Virus record (IMG/VR): IMGVR_UViG_3300037742_000027
Coordinates: 1-30,230 of that record
Strand: one strand, 5' to 3'
Length of the DNA stretch: 30,230 bases
Origin: a virus
Taxonomy: Duplodnaviria; Caudoviricetes
Both the position numbers and the translations under genes were made by a program. The first letter of the stretch is position 1. Every line of letters begins with the position of its first letter. The notes beneath the pieces were generated by a model. The model was not told the origin of the DNA. It ran no database searches and saw only the letters and a program-made list of their open reading frames with translations. Positions 15,627-22,689 of the stretch are shown piece by piece.

Positions 15627-15830
15627 TTACCGATCACCCTTCCGCAGTCGTTCACACATCTGTGCGAAGGCCAGCGTCGGCGCTTCACTGACTTGAAAGG
15701 GCGGCAACTCTACGAACCCGTCAGCTTGGCTACACGGATGCAGCGGCAGGCCGCGCTCGTGGACGCGATCCGCGGGATCCTTCGGCGCGAGTCGGACGAA
15801 TTGCGTCGGCTGATTGCGGGGATCAGTCAT
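15627..15830 (-). CDS. Hypothetical protein (67 aa)
   Basis: Fits operon direction, no clear SD or motif. Confidence 0.35.
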   Translation of the reverse strand: MTDPRNQPTQFVRLAPKDPADRVHERGLPLHPCSQADGFVELPPFQVSEAPTLAFAQMCERLRKGDR

Positions 15831-15981
15831 GGCTAACCGCCGCGCGCAGGGAGGAACTTGTGGTAATCTGGACGCCCTGCCAACGGGCGCTATGGTCGGC
15901 CAGCGGGTTTTGTCCCGCAAACCTTATCCGACGATGTATTATCAGAACCCAACCCATTGTAAGCCTTTGGTCCGTCAGGGT

Positions 15982-16248
15982 TTACGCCGCTTCGCCGGAA
16001 GTTTTGCACAGCGAACGCTTCGGCCACGTCACGAGTTTTTCCACAGGCACGCCCGTCACGCGCTGAAACGCCACCGCTTTCTCCAGCGAACAGCGCCAGC
16101 GGCCCGTCAGAATCCCCGACATATGCGGCTTGCTGATGGTGATCCCGCAACGGTCATGGAGGAGCTGACGTAGCTCCGTTTGATTGGTGCCCGTGCGCTC
16201 CATCCAGTCCTGAAGCGATTCGTACGGCCGTGAAGTATTGCGCGCCAT
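15982..16248 (-). CDS. Cro-like XRE HTH regulator
   Basis: NQTELRQLL....ISKPHMSGILTG...SLEKA....VTGVPVE. Divergent from the repressor. Confidence 0.85.
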   Translation of the reverse strand: MARNTSRPYESLQDWMERTGTNQTELRQLLHDRCGITISKPHMSGILTGRWRCSLEKAVAFQRVTGVPVEKLVTWPKRSLCKTSGEAA

Positions 16249-16262
16249 TCGTTTGTTTGACA

Positions 16263-16292
16263 AAACTACTTTAGCAAGGCGTCAAGTGTCAA
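16263..16292 (-). promoter_or_regulatory. Putative lytic (cro) sigma70-type promoter
   Basis: TTGACA (16292-16287) - 18 nt - TAGTTT (16268-16263). An inverted TTGACA at 16257-16262 could be an operator half-site. Confidence 0.55.
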
Positions 16293-16335
16293 GCCGAATT
16301 CGTGTGCTCGCGCAAATGTTTTGGAAGTGGTTTGA

Positions 16336-16348
16336 AATCAGCGACTTA
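16336..16348 (+). promoter_or_regulatory. IHF-consensus site
   Basis: AATCAG-CGAC-TTA matches WATCAR-N4-TTR, between the divergent promoters. Confidence 0.4.
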
Positions 16349-16350
16349 CG

Positions 16351-16381
16351 GTTTGCATAATGCAAACGTTTGCGCTACAAC
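16351..16381 (+). promoter_or_regulatory. Repressor promoter overlapped by a 17-bp palindromic operator
   Basis: TTGCAT (16353)-17 nt-TACAAC (16376). Perfect palindrome GTTTGCAT-A-ATGCAAAC (16351-16367), overlapping GCAAACGTTTGC (16362-16373). Confidence 0.6.
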
Positions 16382-16391
16382 ACGGTTCGCC

Positions 16392-16949
16392 ATGCGGCCA
16401 TCACTGAACATTGAGAACCGAATACGTCGCAATGCCGAGGCGTTGATGCGCGCCCCTGGCCGGAAGAAAGTGCGCGCGAACGTCGTCGCCAAGCGTATGG
16501 GGATGTCGCCGTCCGCATTCTCGAATTTTCTGGCGGGTCGGCAGTCCACTACATTTGCAAAGCTCGAAGCGCTCGCCGAAGGGCTCGGCGTGTCCCCTGC
16601 CGAACTCGTGAAGCGCGATGAGGAAACCATCTACGCGCTCAGCGGCGACGAGGCCGAACTGCTCCGGTACGTGCGACGGTGGACGGACGAGGCACGGCGG
16701 GCCGCCGTCGCGTTGCTGCGATACCTGCACGCGGCATTGCCCGATGACGACCAGACGATCCAGATGTTCCAGCACTGGAGCCGCCTGAAACAGTTCCAGC
16801 GCGCGCTCGTGCTCTCGACCGCCTTGCGTCAGCTCGACGAAGAACTTCCGCGTGAAGTACGAGTAACGCTTGGGATTCCGGAGTCAGACGAGGGAACACC
16901 CCGCACAAAGGGCAAGGGGCGAGGGCAGCAACGACGCGACGGCGAGTGA
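16392..16949 (+). CDS. CI-like XRE repressor without a recognisable S24 peptidase domain
   Basis: ANVVAKRMGMSPSAFSNFLAG.....FAKLEALAEGLGVSPAELV, helical C-terminus. Confidence 0.85.
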   Translation: MRPSLNIENRIRRNAEALMRAPGRKKVRANVVAKRMGMSPSAFSNFLAGRQSTTFAKLEALAEGLGVSPAELVKRDEETIYALSGDEAELLRYVRRWTDEARRAAVALLRYLHAALPDDDQTIQMFQHWSRLKQFQRALVLSTALRQLDEELPREVRVTLGIPESDEGTPRTKGKGRGQQRRDGE

Positions 16950-17133
16950 CCATGTTTCGACCTCACGGCGGCGAGTGAAAGAGCGAATGTTAGGCGAACC
17001 GGGTCCGGACTGCAATCATGCGGTTTGCACGAGATGCGCCAGACTCGGCCGTATCATGAATGGGCGGGAAGAACCGGCTAGCCACTCGGTCGCCACGCAA
17101 GCGCGTCTCGTTCCTGCACTGTCGGTAACGATC

Positions 17134-18111
17134 ATGAATATGAAGTCCTCGCGCGTCCTCCTCGTCGTCGGGTGGTTGTTCGCGCTCTCGCCGGCGGCCT
17201 TCGCGCAATCGCCACCCCTCCCGCCCGAACAGCTCACCGCCACGATCGACGGTGCCACGGTGACGCTGACGTGGTGGATCCCATTCGGCGGCGGTCCTCG
17301 CTATCGGCTCGAAGCGGGCAGCGCGCCGAATACGAGCAACGTGGTGAATACCATGCTCGCGTTTCGGCCCGACGAGCCCATTGGCGTGCGCTTCGAACGC
17401 GTGCCCGCCGGCACCTATTACGTGCGCGTCTACGCGAGGAACGACTTTGGCGAGAGTCGGCCGTCCAATGAGGTGACGGTCACGATCAGTCCGCGGGCCG
17501 CCTGCTTCGCCGCGCCGCCGTCACCGTTTCTGTCGGTGGCGATCTCCGGCCCGACGGCGACATTGACATGGATCGCGCTGGCTGGGTGCCCGGCCACCAC
17601 CTACAGTCTGTATGCGGGCTCGTCGCCGGGCGGCACGAATCTCGGGACCATCCGGGTCTTTGGCGAACATTACACGAGCGTGACGGTGCAGCCGCCCGTC
17701 AATGAACTGCTCTACGTCCACGTCCGCGCAGAGAATGCCTACGGGATCAGCGCCCCGTCGAATAGTGTCGCCGTGTTTACCACGCCCGCGCCACCAGCCC
17801 CGCCGCCGCCACCTCCACCACCGCCCGCACCATTGTGGACAGTGAGCGGCGAAAGCGATGACGTGGTCGCTGTCCCAGCCGGCGTCACGCTGGTCAGGAT
17901 TCAGGGGGAACTCATCGGTAGCACCACGTCCAACTTCATCGTGTCGAACGCTACGGACAATCTTGTGAATGTCGTGCTCAACAGCGAACAACGCGACTAC
18001 GCAGGGACGCATCCGGTGACGGCAGGAACGAGACTGGTGATCCGACAGTCGCCGTGGATTCGGTGGACGTTCACCGAAGTCCGCCAGACGACCGCTGAGG
18101 GATCACGCTGA
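17134..18111 (+). CDS. Secreted protein with two Fn3 domains, poly-Pro linker and C-terminal beta domain (moron-like)
   Basis: Signal peptide ending AFA-Q. Two VTLTW..Y.L.AGS.PG.SN...YVRV.A.N..G.S.PSN repeats. Confidence 0.85.
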   Translation: MNMKSSRVLLVVGWLFALSPAAFAQSPPLPPEQLTATIDGATVTLTWWIPFGGGPRYRLEAGSAPNTSNVVNTMLAFRPDEPIGVRFERVPAGTYYVRVYARNDFGESRPSNEVTVTISPRAACFAAPPSPFLSVAISGPTATLTWIALAGCPATTYSLYAGSSPGGTNLGTIRVFGEHYTSVTVQPPVNELLYVHVRAENAYGISAPSNSVAVFTTPAPPAPPPPPPPPPAPLWTVSGESDDVVAVPAGVTLVRIQGELIGSTTSNFIVSNATDNLVNVVLNSEQRDYAGTHPVTAGTRLVIRQSPWIRWTFTEVRQTTAEGSR

Positions 18112-18393
18112 CCAATATGAGCGTAGAATGGCGCCATGCCGACACGCTGGACACGTCACCACTCCAATCACGTGCTCCCGGCCGTCAGGCGCGTAGATGA
18201 TGGCAGCTTCGCGGCGACCGCCTACGGCGATGACGGGCGCATGGGGCAGCCGACCGTTGACACACACCGCATCTCTTGACGATGCCCAACGCGCGGCATA
18301 GCGTGACGTTCGTAACGCGAACGGGCGAGGAATATCGTCCGTCATCCGTGCAACCACCGCGTAAACGCTGACGACTCGGGACCCCAGTCTCAT
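18103..18393 (-). CDS. Hypothetical protein (start possibly 18345)
   Basis: ORF converging on the Fn3 gene, CPAC near the C-terminus, no clear SD. Confidence 0.4.
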   Translation of the reverse strand: MRLGSRVVSVYAVVARMTDDIPRPFALRTSRYAARWASSRDAVCVNGRLPHAPVIAVGGRREAAIIYAPDGREHVIGVVTCPACRHGAILRSYWSA

Positions 18394-18446
18394 TCCGCAG
18401 CCGGGTTGTAAACTGCGGCCCAGCGACTAGATCCCGAGTCGAACTT

Positions 18447-18455
18447 TGCTACACT
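18447..18455 (+). promoter_or_regulatory. Extended -10 promoter TGnTACACT
   Basis: TG-C-TACACT ends 6 nt before the 5' end of the tRNA-like element. Confidence 0.5.
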
Positions 18456-18461
18456 CGCCAA

Positions 18462-18538
18462 CGGGCGCAAGATGCAGGTAGCGGCACATCTGGCACCGCG
18501 TAGCCGGTTGGGTCAGGTGCAATTCCTGAGCGCCCCCA
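18462..18538 (+). ncRNA. tRNA-like RNA or pseudo-tRNA with an aberrant anticodon arm
   Basis: Acceptor GGGCGC/GCGCCC followed by CCA, D-arm GATG/CATC, arm TGGC-ACCGCGTA-GCCG, T-arm TCAGG-TGCAATT-CCTGA. 77 nt. Confidence 0.6.
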
Positions 18539-18539
18539 T

Positions 18540-18791
18540 TCACCACGTCCGCTTGACATAGGCGCCGCCTTCAACGGGACCGCGCCAGTCTTTCCCGATC
18601 CATGCCGCCACGGTCCAATCGTCGCCGGCGCGATGCGCGACCGCGAGGTTGACGCCGCCTTCTGTGGCCACCGCCACCAGTGCCCCGTTCTTGCCCGCTG
18701 GGACTTCCGCGAGGGCACGTTGGACGTGCCGCTCGATCGACGCGCTGATGGCCACAAGCGGCACCTCCACGACGCCCTTATCGTCTGCCAT
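18540..18791 (-). CDS. Hypothetical beta-rich protein (83 aa), last gene of the late operon
   Basis: GGAGG SD before MADDKG, overlaps the upstream gene. Confidence 0.7.
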   Translation of the reverse strand: MADDKGVVEVPLVAISASIERHVQRALAEVPAGKNGALVAVATEGGVNLAVAHRAGDDWTVAAWIGKDWRGPVEGGAYVKRTW

Positions 18792-19143
18792 GCGTGCCCT
18801 CCAGTTCCGCGATGATGCGCTCGCGCGCCGCTCGTGCACTGGCGTCCGGCGGCGCCAACCGGCCTTCTGCCGGCGGCGTGGGATGCTGCCCGCCAAACTT
18901 CACCGCGCACCAGCGCCACCAGGCCATCGGAGAGAACCACCCGAAGCGCGACGACCGCATCAGGCAGGAACGAAATCGCGCGTTGGCTTCGTCCTCCGAG
19001 CACGGCGTGCCGTCGCGGTGCTTGCGGGTGCGCCACAGCACATCATGTTCCTTGCAGCAGAATACTTTCAGGCCCAGCGCCATCGTGCAGCCGTCGCTGC
19101 CCAGCCGTGCGGCTTCGTCTTCCACCCACTCGCGATAGGTCAT
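18778..19143 (-). CDS. Phospholipase A2-like protein (121 aa)
   Basis: SDGCT...CCKEHD...EANARFRSCL...AVKFGG matches the prokaryotic/phage PLA2-like pattern. AGGAG SD, ATGA start. Confidence 0.75.
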   Translation of the reverse strand: MTYREWVEDEAARLGSDGCTMALGLKVFCCKEHDVLWRTRKHRDGTPCSEDEANARFRSCLMRSSRFGWFSPMAWWRWCAVKFGGQHPTPPAEGRLAPPDASARAARERIIAELEGTHGRR

Positions 19144-19838
19144 GGGGTCTCTCCTGGATGCTTCACTCCCCATTCGTGAGAGTGCCTGATGTTCCGCACG
19201 TACTCTGCGCGTGCGTCGGCTCGATTCTTCCCTTTGATGCGCGCCTTCAGGTAGGTGTCGAACAGATGCGCCCCGACCGCTTCCCAATCTGGCGCCCCGC
19301 CGATGGAGGCACCCAGCGGGCGCTGGAGCCCTTCCGGCTGCGCGTAGTAGAACGACAGCCACCGCCCCTCGTCCTCCATCTCGTCGCGCGACGGCAACGT
19401 GGCGGGCGGTGGCGGTGGCGGGGGCGGCGGTGGCAGCGCGCCACCCACGGCGGCGGGCGTCACCCATGCGCCCCCGACGCCCGCCTCGATCGTTTCTGGC
19501 GTCGCATCGCCCCATGTCAAGTGCCGCGCGGTCGGATCTTCGACCGCCGCAATGATGTCGTGCAGCTCCAAGCCCGAGAACTTGCCGGCCTTATCGGGAC
19601 ACCCCGACGGGTTCGGAAAGGCGAGGACGTCGCTTGATAGGTCGTTCACGTTCCCGCGTTTGCCGTTCAAGCCGACAATGGTTAGGCCGGCCTGTTGGCA
19701 CGCGAACGCGACGCGTCGGATATAGGCCGTGTCCTTGCGCGTCAACGCATCCCAATCGTTCGGAAACTGCTGCTTCACCTCGTTCGCGATCTCGAGGATC
19801 TGTGTGCGGAGGTGATTCCACTGTGGGCTATACGCCAT
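19140..19838 (-). CDS. Two-domain hypothetical protein (GLNGKRGN domain, poly-Pro linker, helical domain)
   Basis: AGGAG SD before MAYSPQ, P9 linker, between the endolysin and the PLA2-like gene. Confidence 0.75.
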   Translation of the reverse strand: MAYSPQWNHLRTQILEIANEVKQQFPNDWDALTRKDTAYIRRVAFACQQAGLTIVGLNGKRGNVNDLSSDVLAFPNPSGCPDKAGKFSGLELHDIIAAVEDPTARHLTWGDATPETIEAGVGGAWVTPAAVGGALPPPPPPPPPPATLPSRDEMEDEGRWLSFYYAQPEGLQRPLGASIGGAPDWEAVGAHLFDTYLKARIKGKNRADARAEYVRNIRHSHEWGVKHPGETP

Positions 19839-20394
19839 TCCGTCTCCTGATGTCCTTTGTGAATGTGCGAGGGTCGTCGGCTGTAACAATCTGCAGGTTG
19901 GCCGTGCAGCGGTTCATCCACCCTCTCAGCCACTGCGCCTGTTGCGGCGCGTACGACCGCCGGATGTGAAACGCCTGGCGATCGGCAATGACACGTGTGG
20001 CCGTGAGCAGCGCGTCGGCCATGTTCAGCGCGGCCTGCGTCTTCGGCCCGATGCGACCGTCGGGCGTGACGCCGATGGCCCGCTGCAGCGCCGGGATGGC
20101 GTCGTCCTCACCGGCGTTGACGGCGAAGTCAAAAACCGCAAATAGCACGCGCCAGTCATGAATGACGCCGAGGCGCGCCTGCTCGAGCAGCACAATGCGA
20201 TAGGTGTCAACGGCGTGGTCGCGTGTCAGGTTCTTGATGTCCGCCTTGGAGACGGGCCGCCCGATCGCGCGCGCGCGAAAGCCGCGCGTAACCCCGAACT
20301 TCGTGGCGCCGCCATGGTCGCCAGGCGCGTCGGTGTACTTCGAGCCGCCCTCAAACCGGTCGATGACGACGTCGATGATGTCGGCGAACGTCAC
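19828..20394 (-). CDS. Endolysin, glycoside hydrolase family 108 with peptidoglycan-binding domain
   Basis: FEGG..Y.D.PGD.GG.TKFGVT, FDFAVNAG, LQRAIGV.PDG.IGPKT, LRGWMNR. Confidence 0.92.
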   Translation of the reverse strand: MTFADIIDVVIDRFEGGSKYTDAPGDHGGATKFGVTRGFRARAIGRPVSKADIKNLTRDHAVDTYRIVLLEQARLGVIHDWRVLFAVFDFAVNAGEDDAIPALQRAIGVTPDGRIGPKTQAALNMADALLTATRVIADRQAFHIRRSYAPQQAQWLRGWMNRCTANLQIVTADDPRTFTKDIRRRNGV

Positions 20395-20795
20395 GGCTTG
20401 TCCTCGTGCTTGCCTTTGGCGATTTCATGCACGGCCGCGATGGTGTCAGGCGAGAGTTCGACAACCGTATGCGCGGCGCCGGTGGCGATCAGTTCATCGA
20501 GCTTGCCGGTGACTTCGTTCTTCGTATCCACGGCGACATCCTTGGCGGTTTCCGCCGCTTCGCGCGCGGCCAGCGAGTTGGCAATCATCTTGTCGTGACG
20601 GACTTTCGCGTCCGCTTCTCGCGTCGCGACTTCGGCGGCGAGTTTTTCGGCTTTGGCTTCCACGTCGGCCGTGCGGTGGTGTAGCTCGTCATCGGCGGCC
20701 GCGGAACGTCTGGCGATGCCGCGCACGGTCACGGCGACATACACCAGGACCGCGGTGTGCACCACATCGGTAACAAACCAGATCGTGTCGGTCAT
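20391..20795 (-). CDS. N-terminal TM plus coiled-coil lysis-region protein
   Basis: Hydrophobic N-terminal segment then charged helical region, directly upstream of the endolysin. Confidence 0.65.
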   Translation of the reverse strand: MTDTIWFVTDVVHTAVLVYVAVTVRGIARRSAAADDELHHRTADVEAKAEKLAAEVATREADAKVRHDKMIANSLAAREAAETAKDVAVDTKNEVTGKLDELIATGAAHTVVELSPDTIAAVHEIAKGKHEDKP

Positions 20796-21001
20796 GGTTG
20801 ATCCTTGGCGCGCTCCCAGGCACTGGCGGCGTTGTCCAATAGCTTTTCGACGCGGTCGAGACGGGCGCTGACCGCTTCGCGTTCACTCTTGTCGGCGTGG
20901 TCGAGCTGCGAGCATTCGGGGCTCGCGCAGCGCACGGACACGGTCGTCTGTGGCGCTTGACGATGGTGCTGTCGAAGCCAAGTCATAAATCTCCTGAGCA
21001 T
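20792..21001 (-). CDS. Hypothetical lysis-region protein (69 aa)
   Basis: AAGGA SD, ATGA overlap downstream. Confidence 0.55.
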   Translation of the reverse strand: MLRRFMTWLRQHHRQAPQTTVSVRCASPECSQLDHADKSEREAVSARLDRVEKLLDNAASAWERAKDQP

Positions 21002-21003
21002 TG

Positions 21004-21312
21004 CTAGTCCTTGCGCGGAGTCTGGCGCGAGTCCCGCCCGATTTCTCGGGCGCGTTCTTCCAGCGAGGACAATCGCGCGATCGTGAGTTGTTTCCACTCA
21101 TTCCTCTCCGATTCGACGGCCTCACACCGTGTCTGCCATTCCTGTAACCGGATCTCGTACGCCGCGGCGAGGGTGGCCTGTGCTTCGCGGTGCTTCTTTG
21201 TCCACAACCACAAATCAAAAAAGCTGCCGACGAGCATCAGGAACATCGCCACCGGGAAACCCAGGGAGGCGATGTCTTTGTAGAGGGCGATCCACCCGTT
21301 GATCTCGTCCAT
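21004..21312 (-). CDS. Holin-like membrane protein (102 aa)
   Basis: IASLGFPVAMFLMLVGSFF TM followed by a coiled coil, at the start of the lysis block. Confidence 0.6.
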   Translation of the reverse strand: MDEINGWIALYKDIASLGFPVAMFLMLVGSFFDLWLWTKKHREAQATLAAAYEIRLQEWQTRCEAVESERNEWKQLTIARLSSLEERAREIGRDSRQTPRKD

Positions 21313-21316
21313 GCGC

Positions 21317-21553
21317 CTATTCGTTATCCAACCCGAGGGCGGTATCGACCGCGGCGCGTTTGAGGGGATCGGCGGCGATGTAGCGGTCCTGCAGCCGTCG
21401 TTCCCGCGCGCGTTCCATGTCGTGCAGGTCGTTCTGCAGACCGGCATCGAATGCCTCCTGCGCGCGCGCGGCCGGCGTCTGGCGCGCCTGTTTCGCGGCG
21501 CGCTGGAGCGCGGCCTCCTGTCGCGGTGTCGTGGTGACGGTGTAGGTCGGCAT
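21317..21553 (-). CDS. Hypothetical helical protein (78 aa), possible fibre chaperone
   Basis: AAAGGGA SD before MPTYTV, follows the fibre genes. Confidence 0.65.
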   Translation of the reverse strand: MPTYTVTTTPRQEAALQRAAKQARQTPAARAQEAFDAGLQNDLHDMERARERRLQDRYIAADPLKRAAVDTALGLDNE

Positions 21554-21558
21554 CGGCG

Positions 21559-21813
21559 TTATCCCTTTGGCGTCAACGTGCCCGCGCGATCGTCGAAGGT
21601 GAACTCCGCTGTGGGATCGAAGCCGTAGGTGTCGGACAGCGCATCCCAATACGCGTTCTTCGCTTGCTCGGCCCCGATGAGTGCGGCCTTGGCGAGCATC
21701 ACGACCCGCTCGGCCTCGATCTTCGCCGCCTGTTCCGCCTTCGCGACCAGCCGAAGCTGTTGACGTTCCGCGTCCGTGAGCGTGATGACGGTCGGTGTCT
21801 TGACTTTCGCCAT
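21559..21813 (-). CDS. Hypothetical helical protein, possible fibre chaperone
   Basis: GAGGA SD, directly after the fibre-like gene. Confidence 0.7.
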   Translation of the reverse strand: MAKVKTPTVITLTDAERQQLRLVAKAEQAAKIEAERVVMLAKAALIGAEQAKNAYWDALSDTYGFDPTAEFTFDDRAGTLTPKG

Positions 21814-21822
21814 GGATCCTCG

Positions 21823-22686
21823 TTACGCGCTGTTCAAGCCGATGTAGTAGTCCGTCCCGTCGACGTTGATGAGGAGTCGGCCACTCGCGACAGACACGTT
21901 GGTCGCATCGCGGCCGTCAATCCGGACCTTGCCGCTATCCACAAAGAGCGCGTAGTTATTCGCGGCGACCGCGGCGATCGTGGGCGCATCGCCGATGTAG
22001 ACCGTGGCGGCCACGCCCACGTTGCCGGCGCCGGTCATCGCGATGCCGCTACCGACAAAGCGCGCGCCATAGGCATTCAATGAGCCGAAGCCCGCCGTCG
22101 CGATCGTGTTGGACTGGCCGACATTGACAAAGGCGAGCACGTCACTGTTCACCGCCGCGGTCAGCACGCCGCGAATATCGAGCCCGAGTGCCAGCGTCCC
22201 CGAGGCGGTCGAGGTCAGCACCATCCGCAAGCCCGTCCCGGCTGCCCCGGCGCCTCCGATCCCGTGGCCGGTGGTCGCGTTGACCCGCACGCCGAGCGAG
22301 GTATCGATCTCGATCGCGTTGCTCGCGCCAGGCGTCGCGCCGATCCCGATGACGAACTTGTCGCTATCGGAGTTATCAACGCCGAGATTCCAGTTGAGCA
22401 CCCCGGCGATCCCGAAGACGGCATGAGGATCGCCCGCCGACGATCCGCCCACCGACATCGAGAGAATCGCATCGGACCCCGCTGTATTCGCGGCATTGGC
22501 GACCGAGAACGTGATGTCGCCCGACGAGGAGCGGCTGATCGTCAGGTCCGTCGTGAACAGCGCATCGATCGCATCGAGGATCACGGAGGCAATCGCGGCT
22601 TTGTTCCAGATGGAGCCGAGCGTATTCGTCCCGTCGTCATCGACGAGGGCGGCGTGAGCAGTGCGGCTGATCGTGGTGGCGGCCAT
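21823..22686 (-). CDS. Tail fibre/receptor-binding-like protein
   Basis: Gly/Ala/Ser/Thr-rich beta sequence, W..G.DNSDSDKF.IG module, C-terminal INVDGTDYYI hairpin. Follows the tail-tip gene. Confidence 0.7.
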   Translation of the reverse strand: MAATTISRTAHAALVDDDGTNTLGSIWNKAAIASVILDAIDALFTTDLTISRSSSGDITFSVANAANTAGSDAILSMSVGGSSAGDPHAVFGIAGVLNWNLGVDNSDSDKFVIGIGATPGASNAIEIDTSLGVRVNATTGHGIGGAGAAGTGLRMVLTSTASGTLALGLDIRGVLTAAVNSDVLAFVNVGQSNTIATAGFGSLNAYGARFVGSGIAMTGAGNVGVAATVYIGDAPTIAAVAANNYALFVDSGKVRIDGRDATNVSVASGRLLINVDGTDYYIGLNSA

Positions 22687-22689
22687 ACG

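Noticed and set aside
15903-15918. Hairpin GCGGG-TTTTGT-CCCGC as a terminator after cro
   Set aside because: Only a 5-bp stem, with no U-tract on the 3' side in either direction.
15922-15949. dif-like site (TTATCAGAACC resembles an XerC arm) as an integrase-free integration route
   Set aside because: The other arm (CCTTATCCGAC) does not resemble the conserved XerD arm, so it is only half a match.
16870-17133. N-terminal extension of the Fn3 ORF given by the track
   Set aside because: The signal peptide begins at 17134/17140. The extension overlaps the repressor gene and would bury the signal.
18540-18570. C-terminal Trp of the last late gene as an outer-membrane beta-signal
   Set aside because: No signal peptide, and the -3 residue is Arg rather than hydrophobic.
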